Source: Methanocaldococcus indicus (GTDB taxonomy: Archaea > AGJL01 > Methanococci > Methanococcales > Methanocaldococcaceae). From it: 64,000 nucleotides of DNA. Where the stretch lies: contig NZ_CP186926.1 in assembly GCF_049554935.1 (NCBI RefSeq), positions 544,001-608,000 of the forward strand, written 5' to 3'. Position 1 is the first letter of the stretch, and each line of letters starts with the position of its first letter. The translations under genes were made by a program, and so were the position numbers. The notes beneath the pieces were generated by a model. The model was given only the letters and a program-made list of their open reading frames with translations, was not told the origin of the DNA and searched no databases. Positions 51,042 to 61,739 of this stretch are shown here, in pieces.

Positions 51042-51155
51042 ACAACTACCCCCTATACATACATCATGTAGTAACCAATAACATATTATTATATAATTTC
51101 AGCATATATTAAATAAAATTTTGTGTTTGTATTTATGTATGTAATGATGATAACT

Positions 51156-51530
51156 ATGTTAAAAACACTACCACCAACACTAAGAGAAAAAAAAAGATAT
51201 ATTGCTTTTAAAATTATATATGAAGAAGAACTGTCAGAGGGGGAAGTTGTTAATCTTATTAGAAAAGCTGTTTTAGAGTACTATGGACAATGGGGAACAT
51301 CTAAATCAAATCCTTGGTTAGTTTTTTACAAATATCCTTATGGTATTGTTAGATGCCAAAGGGATAATGTTGATTTTGTAAAAACATCTTTAATTTTAGT
51401 TAATAAGTATAAAGATAAACCAATAAATATTATTTGTTTAGGAGTTTCTGGAACAATAAGGAAAGCTAAAATAAAGTTTTTAAAAATTAAACCTGTGAGA
51501 TGGTTTATTTTAAAAAGATTGAAAAAGTGA
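51156..51530 (+). CDS. rnp2: Ribonuclease P protein component 2 (Pop5)
   Basis: LPPTLREKKRYIAF, GIVRC and LGVSGTIRKA. Confidence 0.93.
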   Translation: MLKTLPPTLREKKRYIAFKIIYEEELSEGEVVNLIRKAVLEYYGQWGTSKSNPWLVFYKYPYGIVRCQRDNVDFVKTSLILVNKYKDKPINIICLGVSGTIRKAKIKFLKIKPVRWFILKRLKK

Positions 51531-51535
51531 TAACC

Positions 51536-52924
51536 ATGAATATAAATATTGGATTATTTGGTCATATAGACCATGGAAAAACAGAATTAGCCAAAAGATT
51601 AAGTGAAATTATTTCAACATCTGCATTAGATAAGCCAAAAGAATCAAGAGAAAGGGGAATAACAATAGATTTGGGATTTTCTTCTTTTATTTTGGATAAG
51701 TATAGAATAACATTGGTAGATGCTCCTGGACATTCAGAACTAATAAAAACTGCTGTTAATGCAGGAAAAATTATAGATTTAGCTTTATTAGTTGTAGATG
51801 CAAAAGAAGGACCAAAAACCCAAACAGGAGAACATTTAATTGTTTTAGATTTGTTGAATATTCCCACTATTGTAGTTATTAATAAGATAGATATAGCAAG
51901 TAAGGAAGAGATTGAAAGAACAAAAAAATTAATGAAAATTATTTTAGATTCAACAAATAATTTAAAAAACTCTAAAATTGTGGAGATATCTGCAAAAACA
52001 GGGGATGGAATAGATGAATTAAAAAAAATTATTAAGGAGACATTAGATAATTTAACAATTGTAAGGGATGTAAATAACTTTTTTAAAATGCCTATTGACC
52101 ATGCATTTAAAATAAAAGGTATTGGAACAGTAGTGACAGGAACAATTTTAAAGGGAAAAGTTAAAGTTGGAGATACATTAATTGTATATCCTACAAATTT
52201 AGAGGTTAAAGTTAAATCTATACAATGTTTTAAGGAGAATGTTGAAGAAGCTAAGGCAGGAAATAGAGTAGGAATGAACTTATCTGGAATAGAGCCAGAA
52301 CAGATATTTAGAGGTTGTGTATTATCAAGTTTAGAGAACAATCTTAAATTAACTGATAAATTTGTTGCAAAAATAAAAATTGTAGATATATTTAAATATA
52401 ATTTAACACCTAAAATGAAAGTGCATCTTAACATTGGTTTATTAACAATTTCAGCCAGGATATATCCATTTAAAAAATTAAATATAGATAATAAAGAGGA
52501 AAATATTGTTTTAAATGAAATAAAAGCAGGAGATGAATGTTATTGTTTATTTGAATTAGAAAAAAAAGTTATGATGGAAGAGGGAGATAAAATATTAATT
52601 TTAAGGTTAGATTTACCAGCAACAACTTTAAGAATTGCTGGAATTGGAGAAGTTATTGGATTTGACAATGTTGAATTAAAAAAATTGTCAGTTAAAAAAG
52701 GAAAAGTAGTTAAAAGAAAAAATAAATTAGTAGTAGAAGGATTAGCTACATCAAAAAAATCAGCTGAGAAACTTATTGGTGAGAGAGTATATATAAAAGA
52801 TAAAAATATTGTTGGAATAATTAAAGAAACATTTGGAACAAAAGGAGCCTTATTAGTTGATTTTAATGGAGATGTAGAAGGGGGGGAAGAGGTAGAACTT
52901 ATTAGAGTTAGGAAATGGGGGTGA
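51536..52924 (+). CDS. selB: Selenocysteine-specific translation elongation factor
   Basis: GHIDHGKT, RGITIDLGF, DAPGH, QTGEH and NKID; archaeal C-terminal domain (ETFGTKG). Confidence 0.93.
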   Translation: MNINIGLFGHIDHGKTELAKRLSEIISTSALDKPKESRERGITIDLGFSSFILDKYRITLVDAPGHSELIKTAVNAGKIIDLALLVVDAKEGPKTQTGEHLIVLDLLNIPTIVVINKIDIASKEEIERTKKLMKIILDSTNNLKNSKIVEISAKTGDGIDELKKIIKETLDNLTIVRDVNNFFKMPIDHAFKIKGIGTVVTGTILKGKVKVGDTLIVYPTNLEVKVKSIQCFKENVEEAKAGNRVGMNLSGIEPEQIFRGCVLSSLENNLKLTDKFVAKIKIVDIFKYNLTPKMKVHLNIGLLTISARIYPFKKLNIDNKEENIVLNEIKAGDECYCLFELEKKVMMEEGDKILILRLDLPATTLRIAGIGEVIGFDNVELKKLSVKKGKVVKRKNKLVVEGLATSKKSAEKLIGERVYIKDKNIVGIIKETFGTKGALLVDFNGDVEGGEEVELIRVRKWG

Positions 52925-53352
52925 AACTGTTGTATTATATTCTAAATAAAACAAACAAAAAATTAGGAGTTGCCTTAAAAAATAAAAAAATTTTATATCA
53001 TATGAAAAACAACAATGATGAGGTTTATATCTGGATGAATCTTGAATCTTCTGCACTTTTGAAGATACTACTTGAAGAGAGTGTAAAAACAGCTGAAAAA
53101 GTTAATAAAGAATATAGAGTTTTAGGAATAAAGAGGCACAAGATAATTGATATAGGGACAGTTTTTGGATATGATGGGAGGATATCTATTGGAGTTCTAC
53201 CAGCTGATGAGGAGAGAGTTGCATCTATTTTAGTAGGATTCCATAAAGATGATAATAAAATACATACATCAATAACTACAACTCCAAAAAAGATAGCTCT
53301 CTTATGTATAATTTTAAATAATTTAATAACAAAAGGGATATTTGAGGAATAA
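52915..53352 (+). CDS. Hypothetical protein
   Basis: 145-aa ORF coupled to selB and to the antiporter gene. Confidence 0.65.
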   Translation: MGVKLLYYILNKTNKKLGVALKNKKILYHMKNNNDEVYIWMNLESSALLKILLEESVKTAEKVNKEYRVLGIKRHKIIDIGTVFGYDGRISIGVLPADEERVASILVGFHKDDNKIHTSITTTPKKIALLCIILNNLITKGIFEE

Positions 53353-53354
53353 AG

Positions 53355-54254
53355 ATGCTAATATGGGATATTATTTATTTTGTTCTTGGACTAATTTTGT
53401 TGTATTATGGTAGTGATTGGTTTGTTTTAGGAGCTGAAAGATTAGCAAAATTTTTTAATGTATCAAATTTTGTTATTGGAGCTACTGTTGTAGCTATTGG
53501 AACATCTCTTCCAGAGATAGTAACATCTATTTATGCAGCTTTAACAAACTCCCCAGGAATAACTGTTGGAAATGCTATTGGTTCATGTGTATGCAATATA
53601 GGCCTAATTTTAGGAGTATCTGCAGTAATATCACCTATATTATTAAATAAAGAATTAAAAAAAAATATTACTTATTATATAATTTTGATAGTTATTTTAA
53701 CAATCCTGTCAATTAATGGATTTGATACTATTGATGGAATTATACTATTAATATTAACATTACTTTATTTAAAAAAGACAATATCTGATGGTAAGGTAGA
53801 AGAAAACAACAATAATAAAGATTTCTCATTACCATTCTCTATTATTATGTTGGTTATAGGATTAGGAGCTGTTTTGTCTGGCTCACAGTTTTTAGTTGAG
53901 GGAGCAAAAGGATTAGCTAAGGCTTTTGGAGTTCCAGACTTTATTATTGGATTTACACTTGTAGCTATTGGAACATCTCTTCCAGAGTTGATGGTTTCTA
54001 TAATATCTGCAAAAAGAAAATTAGGAGGATTAGTATTAGGTAATATCTTAGGAAGTAATATAATTGATGTAGGATTTGCATTAGGTTTGCCAGCAGTGTT
54101 TTATCATCTACCTTCCAACTACTTAGGGATATTATCATTATTTATACTATCAGCTTTAATTTATATATTTTCATTAAAAAACAAAATTAGTAGAGTTGAT
54201 GGGGCTATTATTTTAATAATATATTTAATTACAATATATTTCATATTTTTTTAG
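53355..54254 (+). CDS. Calcium/sodium antiporter (CaCA family, NCX_Mj-like)
   Basis: Two alpha repeats, both VAIGTSLPE; GNAIGS and GNILGSN. Confidence 0.93.
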   Translation: MLIWDIIYFVLGLILLYYGSDWFVLGAERLAKFFNVSNFVIGATVVAIGTSLPEIVTSIYAALTNSPGITVGNAIGSCVCNIGLILGVSAVISPILLNKELKKNITYYIILIVILTILSINGFDTIDGIILLILTLLYLKKTISDGKVEENNNNKDFSLPFSIIMLVIGLGAVLSGSQFLVEGAKGLAKAFGVPDFIIGFTLVAIGTSLPELMVSIISAKRKLGGLVLGNILGSNIIDVGFALGLPAVFYHLPSNYLGILSLFILSALIYIFSLKNKISRVDGAIILIIYLITIYFIFF

Positions 54255-54269
54255 ATTTTGGTGATTTTT

Positions 54270-56114
54270 ATGGATTTAAAAAAGATGTTGGCTGAGAAGA
54301 TAGGAATATCAGTAGAAGAATTAGATAAATTAATTAAAGAGAAAATTGATGAATATGGAGGAATTTTATTGGAGGAAGCTGCTTTAAATATAATTGCTAA
54401 AGAGTATGGGATAAATCTAAAAGAGGATGTAGAAGATTTTTTAATAAAAGATATCCAAGAAGGACAGATAAATGTTGAAGTTGTTGGAATTGTTAAAGAT
54501 GTATCTCCTTTAAAAACTTACAAAAAAAAGGATGGTAGTGAAGGACACTATAAAAAGGTAGTTATAGCAGACAAATCAGGAGAGATTACTATAACATTAT
54601 GGGATGATTTAGCTAAAAAAGATATAAAGGTTGGAGATATTTTAAAAATAAAAAGAGCAAGAGCAAAAAAATGGAGAGACAATTTAGAACTCACATCTTA
54701 CCAAGATACAACTATTAATATATTAGACAGTCATAAAAAAGAGCTCCCAGAAATTAAGGAAGTATATAATATAGAAGAACTAAAACCTGGGATGAGAGCA
54801 ACTATAATAGGAAATGTTATTTCAGCATATCCATTAAAAGAATTTAAAAGAAATGATAAAATTGGAAGATTTAAATCTTTCATATTGGATGATGGAACAG
54901 GAATTATAAGAGTTACCTTGTGGGATGACTTAGCTTTGAAAGTTGATGTAAGAAAAGGAGATAAAGTAAAAGTTAAGGGATTTATTAGAAAAAACTATTA
55001 CTTTGAAGATGCATTAGAATGCACAGCTGAGGAAGTAGAGATATTAGAGAAAGGTGAAGTCCCTGAAAGTCCATTAGTAAAAATAAATGAACTAAAAAAT
55101 TATGACAATGAAGTTGTAAGTGTTGAAGGAATTATAAAAGCGATTAGTGGTAAAAAATATAGATATATCAATGATGAAAAAAGAAGGTTTATATCTGTAT
55201 TGTTAGAAGATGAGACAGGAGAAGTAAATATAAATTTCTGGAGTTCAAGAGGATTTTTATTAGATGAAGTAAAAGAAGGAGACAAAGTAAAAATAAAGAA
55301 TTGTAAAGTTAATGTTTATTATACAGAGGATGGAGAAGAAATTATTAATTTAAATGCAACATCTGAGACAGAAATTGAAAAACTTGGAGAAACTGAGTTT
55401 AATATAGAGTTTTATAAAATTAGAGATATTTTAGAGGGAGATATTGATAATATAAATCTTATTGGGAAAGTTGTAGATATATATATAAATGAAGTTTTAA
55501 TTAATGATGATATAAGAACTGTAAAAAATATAATTGTTGAAGATGACACTGGAAGAATTAGATTGGTTGTGTGGGATGATAGAGAAGTAAATGTAAAAGA
55601 AGGAGATACAATAAAGATACTAAATGCAAAAATTAGAGAAAGAGACAATTATAAAGATTTAGTTTTAGGAAAATATGGAAGAGTAGATGTTATTGAAAAT
55701 GGAATATTTAGAAAGTTTATAGCTGATTTAGTAGAAGGAGAAAATGCTGAGATAAGAGGAGCAATAGTCAAACTTTTATCAGGCCCTGTTGTAAAGATAT
55801 GTCCAAACTGTAAAAAAAGAGTTGATAATTACTGTGAGGAATGTGGAATTGAGGGAAAAGATGTTTTAACATTATCTTTTATATTGGATGATGGAACAGA
55901 CAATGTAATATGTAGAGCTTATGATAACAAAGTTGAAAAACTACTAAAAGATATTAAAGAAAATATCATTAACAAATCTTTGGAAGAATTAAATACCATC
56001 TTAGGAGAAGAGTTTGTTTTATTTGGTAATTATTCAAATGATACTTTTAATGTTAGATTGGTGAAAAATGTTGATATAAAAAAAGAAATTAAAATATTAA
56101 AAGATTTATTGTAA
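54270..56114 (+). CDS. rpa: Replication protein A (multi-OB-fold ssDNA-binding protein)
   Basis: Repeated D.TG.I...LWD OB folds; C-terminal Zn finger CPNC...CEEC and LDDGTD. Confidence 0.92.
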   Translation: MDLKKMLAEKIGISVEELDKLIKEKIDEYGGILLEEAALNIIAKEYGINLKEDVEDFLIKDIQEGQINVEVVGIVKDVSPLKTYKKKDGSEGHYKKVVIADKSGEITITLWDDLAKKDIKVGDILKIKRARAKKWRDNLELTSYQDTTINILDSHKKELPEIKEVYNIEELKPGMRATIIGNVISAYPLKEFKRNDKIGRFKSFILDDGTGIIRVTLWDDLALKVDVRKGDKVKVKGFIRKNYYFEDALECTAEEVEILEKGEVPESPLVKINELKNYDNEVVSVEGIIKAISGKKYRYINDEKRRFISVLLEDETGEVNINFWSSRGFLLDEVKEGDKVKIKNCKVNVYYTEDGEEIINLNATSETEIEKLGETEFNIEFYKIRDILEGDIDNINLIGKVVDIYINEVLINDDIRTVKNIIVEDDTGRIRLVVWDDREVNVKEGDTIKILNAKIRERDNYKDLVLGKYGRVDVIENGIFRKFIADLVEGENAEIRGAIVKLLSGPVVKICPNCKKRVDNYCEECGIEGKDVLTLSFILDDGTDNVICRAYDNKVEKLLKDIKENIINKSLEELNTILGEEFVLFGNYSNDTFNVRLVKNVDIKKEIKILKDLL

Positions 56115-58877
56115 ATACTCTTTTCCATAATCAACTTCATATACTTTAAATCCTGGTTGAATTCCTGGATTTGTTGGGTCAAAGCTTTCTTTTACTAATC
56201 TTATATGTTTTAGTCCATATCCATCTAAGAAGTGTAATCTTGCATATATACTATCCTCCAAGTTTCTTGTTGCTAACCAACTCCAACCATATCCATTTTC
56301 TTTTAATCTAACAAATAAAGATAATTCTCCATCTTTATCAACTATTCTCTCAACAACTGTTCCATTTGGATACATTATATAAACTTTATGTAGCTTAAAT
56401 TTACCAACTGGTTGGTATTGACCATAATATTCTCTTAAAATATATGTTGAGACATTACTTCCATTTATAACTACAGAATACAATAGATTACCTAACCTTA
56501 TATTTGCTACAACTAAATTATTGCTGTACTCTTTTGATATACCTTTATAGAAAGCTCCTTTTTCTCTTTTTTCATTTGGAGTATTTGGTGGTAAAGAGAA
56601 GTTCCAGAATCCAAACATACTCCATACTGGGGCAATATCTGTCATTCTATTGTATGTTATTAGATAATCTGGATTTGGATGTTCTGGATGAGTGTAGTTA
56701 AGAAGTGTTTTAGCATCTTCTGGTTTTAGGTGATATTTATTTACTAGGATATCATAAGCTTTAGTTCTATCAACTGGAAGAATCTCATTTAATATTTTTA
56801 CTATCATTGAGACATTACCATGAGTATAGTTCCATAATATTCCATCTTTTTGATAAGCTTTATCTCCACTTGTAGCTATCATTCTAATTATTCCAACTGC
56901 TAAGCTTTCATTACTTGTTGCAAAGATTCTCCCTACCCAATAGGCTCTTGGAGTATTTTGACAACCTCCATCAAATGTAACCATCTTTCTTGTTGCCCAT
57001 GTATATATATGCCCATTATCCCACCAACAGGTTATAACTGAATTGTTAGGAGTATTTTCTTTAATCCATTCTAAACTTTCTTTCCATCCATTATTAAATG
57101 TAGGTGCTGTTGTAAATGGCACAACTGCTGCAACCATTGGCACAACTAATCCAATAGCCAATAATACAGATGATACTTTAATTATAGTTTCTTTCTTGTC
57201 CTTCAAAGTTGTATATATATCAACTATTTTATATACAAACAGTAATGCTAATGAAACCAATAATATGAACTCAGCTATAGGAACATACATACTTGGGACT
57301 AATAGATTTGGAAGTTTATTAGAATATTTAGCCAATATAAATAATCCAAATAGTACTATTGGAATTCCTATTCCATAAATAGATGATTCATATTTTCTTA
57401 AGATTCTATCAATTTGCCCAGCAATAATACCTAAACCTATTGCTAATGGAGGAGTTGCTAATGATGTAAATCTAATACCTTTTGTTGAAGCATACAATGT
57501 AATAGTCAACCAAATAGTTAATAAAATTGAATATTTTATATCTAAACTTATTTTTTCTCTTCTTAATATAATAAATGAAGATAAAATTCCTAAAATTCCT
57601 AATACTCCATAATCTACTCTTCCAATAGCATCTATAAATATCTCTCTGAAAGAGTTTGGTTTTTGTAACTCTGCAACTGTCTGGTAGACATTAGGCCAAC
57701 CTGATGGAAGAACATAAGTATTTGATGATAAAACTTTTTGCATTCCTATAGGAGACAATATTGGAGATAGAGCCATATTTGCTCCATAGATTATGGAAAT
57801 TAATGCTAAACTGCCAACTAAATATAATCCTGCTAATAAAAATGCATTTTTAATATTTGGAAGATTGATATAGCTTATTCTTACATTTTTTAATACTGAT
57901 ATTAAAATTAGATATACTACTAAAAATATAGCAACTACATCAAAACCATACCACCAAGCTCCCCACATTTTTGGAGCTAAAACTGTTGTTAAAACAGCTA
58001 AACCAATAAACATCTCAAATTCAATGTCTTGATTTTTAAAGTATTTATAAGCTATAATAATTAAACCAGCTAATATAGATAGTATAGAAAAGATGTAGAA
58101 GAATATTGCTGCTCTGACAATTTCAAAAGTTTGAGCAATATAACTTAGATAAACTCCAGTTATTAAAACAACTAAGAAAGAAATTCCTAAATATATTTTA
58201 GTTAAATCTATTTTTTTACTTTTAAATGCTGAACTATCTATAAAGTGTAATCCTTCCAAAATAAACCATATTATATAAAGAATAGGTAAAACTTCAAATA
58301 TAGGTGTATCTGCAAATCCTGCAACTGTCTTTGAGAACAAATTAGGAGCTGTTATTAAAGCTATAGCCCCAACTAATCCACCAATATTACTGTTTGTTAC
58401 TCTCCTAACTATGAAGAATATTGGTATCCCTAAAAGCACACTTAACAATGCTGGAAACCAAAATGCTGCATTCATTATTGTTACTGTATTATCAAAACTA
58501 TGCCAGATAATATATAAGAAATCTTCAACCAAACAGATTATTGGAGGTTCCCAACTTACAGGATGTCCTGGAGGAGCATATTGTATAGAATCATAAGGTA
58601 CTAACTTTCCATTTATTACTTTTAAAGTTTCTCCAATATACCCTTTATAATACAGATTTTCAGATAATCTTAAATAATAGTATGGGTCTAATGCTAAAAG
58701 ATACATTCTCCCATGTTCATCTGAAAACATCTTTTTTAAAATTTCATTATTTTGAGCAAATTTCATATCTGCTGTTTGAGCTCTTAATTGAAAACTTAAA
58801 AACATTAAAAAAATTATAATTAAGCATATCTTTAACCATTCTTTCTCTTTAAAAAATTTATTTATCTTTTCTATCAA
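56106..58877 (-). CDS. aglB: Oligosaccharyltransferase (STT3 family)
   Basis: DPYYY, FADT, TVAE, RF and WWDNG motif; many TM helices. TTG start after AGGTGA. Confidence 0.94.
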   Translation of the reverse strand: MIEKINKFFKEKEWLKICLIIIFLMFLSFQLRAQTADMKFAQNNEILKKMFSDEHGRMYLLALDPYYYLRLSENLYYKGYIGETLKVINGKLVPYDSIQYAPPGHPVSWEPPIICLVEDFLYIIWHSFDNTVTIMNAAFWFPALLSVLLGIPIFFIVRRVTNSNIGGLVGAIALITAPNLFSKTVAGFADTPIFEVLPILYIIWFILEGLHFIDSSAFKSKKIDLTKIYLGISFLVVLITGVYLSYIAQTFEIVRAAIFFYIFSILSILAGLIIIAYKYFKNQDIEFEMFIGLAVLTTVLAPKMWGAWWYGFDVVAIFLVVYLILISVLKNVRISYINLPNIKNAFLLAGLYLVGSLALISIIYGANMALSPILSPIGMQKVLSSNTYVLPSGWPNVYQTVAELQKPNSFREIFIDAIGRVDYGVLGILGILSSFIILRREKISLDIKYSILLTIWLTITLYASTKGIRFTSLATPPLAIGLGIIAGQIDRILRKYESSIYGIGIPIVLFGLFILAKYSNKLPNLLVPSMYVPIAEFILLVSLALLFVYKIVDIYTTLKDKKETIIKVSSVLLAIGLVVPMVAAVVPFTTAPTFNNGWKESLEWIKENTPNNSVITCWWDNGHIYTWATRKMVTFDGGCQNTPRAYWVGRIFATSNESLAVGIIRMIATSGDKAYQKDGILWNYTHGNVSMIVKILNEILPVDRTKAYDILVNKYHLKPEDAKTLLNYTHPEHPNPDYLITYNRMTDIAPVWSMFGFWNFSLPPNTPNEKREKGAFYKGISKEYSNNLVVANIRLGNLLYSVVINGSNVSTYILREYYGQYQPVGKFKLHKVYIMYPNGTVVERIVDKDGELSLFVRLKENGYGWSWLATRNLEDSIYARLHFLDGYGLKHIRLVKESFDPTNPGIQPGFKVYEVDYGKEYLQ

Positions 58878-58887
58878 GATTTCACCT

Positions 58888-59202
58888 TTATTTGTTTTTA
58901 TATACTTCTCCATCTTGTAAAACAATTAATCCATTTTCACCAACAACTTCATAAATCTTAGGTAGAACATTTTTTATATTTTCTTCAATATCAACACATT
59001 CAATAACAACTGGAAGATTTAAAGACAACCTTAAAATATCAAAAGTTGATATACCTCTAACTCCATATCCCATAATTCCTCTAAATACTGTTGCACCACT
59101 TATATTATTTTCTTTTAAAATCTCTATTATGTGTTTGTATGCTGGTTCTCCGTGATATTTGTCATCTTCTCTAAGATAAATTTTTAAGATTTTTACTTTC
59201 AT
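58888..59202 (-). CDS. DUF190 (PII-like) protein
   Basis: LKIYLREDD, GATVFRGIMGYG and LSLNLPVVIECVD; typical crcB neighbour. Confidence 0.88.
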   Translation of the reverse strand: MKVKILKIYLREDDKYHGEPAYKHIIEILKENNISGATVFRGIMGYGVRGISTFDILRLSLNLPVVIECVDIEENIKNVLPKIYEVVGENGLIVLQDGEVYKNK

Positions 59203-59570
59203 ACTCTCACAATATATAATGCTAATAATCTACCTAAGAATATCATAAATAAACATCCAACAACATTTATAAATATGTTTATTATTGCTAATAAAATTTC
59301 ATTCTCTTCTATTAAAGTAAATGTTTCATAAGAAAATGTAGAAAAAGTGGTTAGAGAACCACAAAAACCAACTGCTATAAAAAATCTATATTCTGAGGGA
59401 ATAGGTAAAAAAAGAGATGAATACATAAAAAATCCCAATATAAAGCTACCTATTAGATTAACTGCCAAAGTCCCTAATGGGAAGTTATATTTTGTAAAGA
59501 TTCCTGAAATAATGTATCTCAATATTGCTCCAAAAAATCCACCTAATCCAATTAGTATGAACTTGTTCAT
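59199..59570 (-). CDS. crcB: Fluoride channel Fluc/CrcB
   Basis: GGFFGAILRY, GTLAVNLIG and GFCGSLTTFSTF. Confidence 0.95.
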   Translation of the reverse strand: MNKFILIGLGGFFGAILRYIISGIFTKYNFPLGTLAVNLIGSFILGFFMYSSLFLPIPSEYRFFIAVGFCGSLTTFSTFSYETFTLIEENEILLAIINIFINVVGCLFMIFLGRLLALYIVRV

Positions 59571-60184
59571 TCTCTCACATATACACAAACTGTTAAATAA
59601 GAAAAATTATTTTTGGCTATATCTTTTAACTTCATCTTCCTTATTTTTTCATTTGGATATGTTAAATTTTCTAAAACATATATCTCTAAATCATCATTTA
59701 AACCAGAATTTATTAATATTTTAGCATCTTCTTTTAAATTGTTTGGTAAAAAAATAACATTTTCTTTATTTTTTAATAGATTTATTAATTTTTTTATATT
59801 TTCAGATTTTCCATGAAGAGTAACTATTGTAAAATCTTCCCAAGATATTTTTAACTTAGCAGCAGCTACTTGAATAGAAGATATTCCAGAAACAACTTCA
59901 ATATCTTTTTTATCTACTCCCAACTTTAATAGAGTTTTTAATAAACCACTAAAACATGGGTCTCCTGTGGAAAGAATAGCTATATTTTTATCTTTTATTT
60001 TTATAATATCTTTTAACTCATTTAATAAATTTTTAGATAACTCTATCTTTTTATTATTTTCTATATCAAAAAGATTTAAAGCTCTTCTACTTCCAACTAT
60101 TATATCACAACTATCCACAACTTTCTTAGCTTTATCTGTTAAATACTCCTTATCTCCTGGACCTATCCCCACAATATAAATCAT
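59567..60184 (-). CDS. cbiE: Cobalt-precorrin-7 C5-methyltransferase
   Basis: VGIGPG, STGDPCFSG, GISSIQ, TLHG and ENLTYPNE. Confidence 0.9.
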   Translation of the reverse strand: MIYIVGIGPGDKEYLTDKAKKVVDSCDIIVGSRRALNLFDIENNKKIELSKNLLNELKDIIKIKDKNIAILSTGDPCFSGLLKTLLKLGVDKKDIEVVSGISSIQVAAAKLKISWEDFTIVTLHGKSENIKKLINLLKNKENVIFLPNNLKEDAKILINSGLNDDLEIYVLENLTYPNEKIRKMKLKDIAKNNFSYLTVCVYVRE

Positions 60185-60193
60185 CTTTATTCC

Positions 60194-60604
60194 TCAATAG
60201 AATGATAATAATATAATTCCAATTAAAATTAAAATGACACCTATAGCTTGATTAATTGTGAGAGTTTCCTTTAAAAATATTATTGAGAGAATAACTGTTA
60301 TAGCTGGACCAATAGATGATATAGGAACAACAATACTTGCCTTGCCTTTATATAAAGCATAATATAAAACTAATGAACCTAAAACTACAAATATTCCTGC
60401 TATTATTGCATATAAAACTATTTTTGCATCATTAACAATTATGTTCTTATATTTGAATATTAAAAATAATGTTAAAATAATTCCAACAATATTAACAACT
60501 ATCCACTGAAAAAGAGGATTTTTTTCACATACTATTTTAGCAAAAAAAGTTCCAACACCATATAAAACAGCTACCAACAATCCCAAAATTATTGCAATAT
60601 CCAT
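60194..60604 (-). CDS. EamA/DMT-family transporter (single repeat)
   Basis: YYAL..GKASIVVPI and FLKETLT. Confidence 0.85.
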   Translation of the reverse strand: MDIAIILGLLVAVLYGVGTFFAKIVCEKNPLFQWIVVNIVGIILTLFLIFKYKNIIVNDAKIVLYAIIAGIFVVLGSLVLYYALYKGKASIVVPISSIGPAITVILSIIFLKETLTINQAIGVILILIGIILLSFY

Positions 60605-60625
60605 AATTTCACAAAAAAATATAAT

Positions 60626-61648
60626 TTATAATTTTTCAGCTCTTAAATCAATTGTCTGATTCATTCCTGGACCTGTTGAGATTATAGTAACAGGAACTTT
60701 TGTAACTTCTTCAATTTTTTCTATAAAATCTCTTGCTTTTTTTGTTAATTTATTATACTCTCTAACTCCATAACAACTTTTATCATACTTATCCAATCCT
60801 GTTATTGCTATTTGAGTAGCTCCATTTAATCTACAAGCTTTTTTAGCCATTTCAAAGTCAAAATAACCAACTCTTCTCCTTCTGCCTGTTACTGTTCCAT
60901 ATTCAACCAATCCTAATCTTTCTGCTTCTTCTTCACTCATCTCAGTAGGAAATGGGCCTGCTCCTACTCTTGTAGGATAACTTTTAAAAACAACTAAGAC
61001 ATCATCCACTTTTGTTGGGCCAATTCCAACATCAGCTGCAAAGCTTGAAGCTGTTGTATCTTTTGATGTTACATAAGGATATGTTCCATAGTATAAAGAT
61101 AAAAATGTCCCTTGTGTTCCTTCAATTAAAACATCTCCACCATTATCTAATGTATCATTTAACAATTCAGATACATCTCCTAAAAATTCTTTTAATTCTT
61201 CTATATCTTTAGCTTGTTTCAAAATTCTTAAAACTCTATCTACATTAGCTGGCCCACATCCACTGCCAGTAGTTCCAATTTCTTTTGATAGGTGTTCATC
61301 TTGTCTATCCATTAATTTATGCTTCTCCTCTATTATCCCAGCTCTATAATCTACAATTAATCTCTCTTTTACATTGAATTCCTTTAACATCTCAACCTCT
61401 TTTAGTAAAACTTCAGGGTCAACTAAAACACCTGCTCCAATAGCCAATTTTGCCTCTTTATGAGGAAATCCTGTTGGAACCATTCTTATTCCATAACTCT
61501 TTCCTTTAACATTTACAGTATGTCCTGCATTTGGTCCCACTCCTCCCCTTGCTATAACATCAGGCTTATCTTTACTACATATATAGCTGATAACTTTTCC
61601 TTTACCTTCATCTCCCCACTGTCCTCCAACTATAATTAGACATGACAA
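60626..61648 (-). CDS. purA: Adenylosuccinate synthetase (short archaeal type)
   Basis: [33 protein letters not shown] and GTVTGRRRR. Confidence 0.97.
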   Translation of the reverse strand: MSCLIIVGGQWGDEGKGKVISYICSKDKPDVIARGGVGPNAGHTVNVKGKSYGIRMVPTGFPHKEAKLAIGAGVLVDPEVLLKEVEMLKEFNVKERLIVDYRAGIIEEKHKLMDRQDEHLSKEIGTTGSGCGPANVDRVLRILKQAKDIEELKEFLGDVSELLNDTLDNGGDVLIEGTQGTFLSLYYGTYPYVTSKDTTASSFAADVGIGPTKVDDVLVVFKSYPTRVGAGPFPTEMSEEEAERLGLVEYGTVTGRRRRVGYFDFEMAKKACRLNGATQIAITGLDKYDKSCYGVREYNKLTKKARDFIEKIEEVTKVPVTIISTGPGMNQTIDLRAEKL

Positions 61649-61739
61649 AAATAACACCAAATATTATTTTTTAATTATCCAAAGAATTATTTAGAATACT
61701 TAATAATATATAACATTTATCTTAATTATTATAATAAGG

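Noticed and set aside
51562-52434. 290-aa minus-strand ORF opposite selB, and the many other antisense ORFs in the track (e.g. 23185-23739, 45008-45370, 59347-59724)
   Set aside because: These are shadow frames of well-supported genes on the other strand, with Ser/Ile/Phe-rich composition, no recognisable motifs and no RBS.
51536-52924. Selenoprotein genes or SECIS elements suggested by selB and the HrsM-like LysR
   Set aside because: No ORF in the window appears truncated at an in-frame TGA at a conserved Cys position, and no GAA-A SECIS hairpin was recognised.
53488-53985. Direct repeat TGTAGCTATTGGAACATCTCTTCCAGAG occurring twice in the antiporter gene
   Set aside because: It encodes the two conserved alpha repeats (VAIGTSLPE) of the CaCA family and is not a mobile or regulatory repeat.
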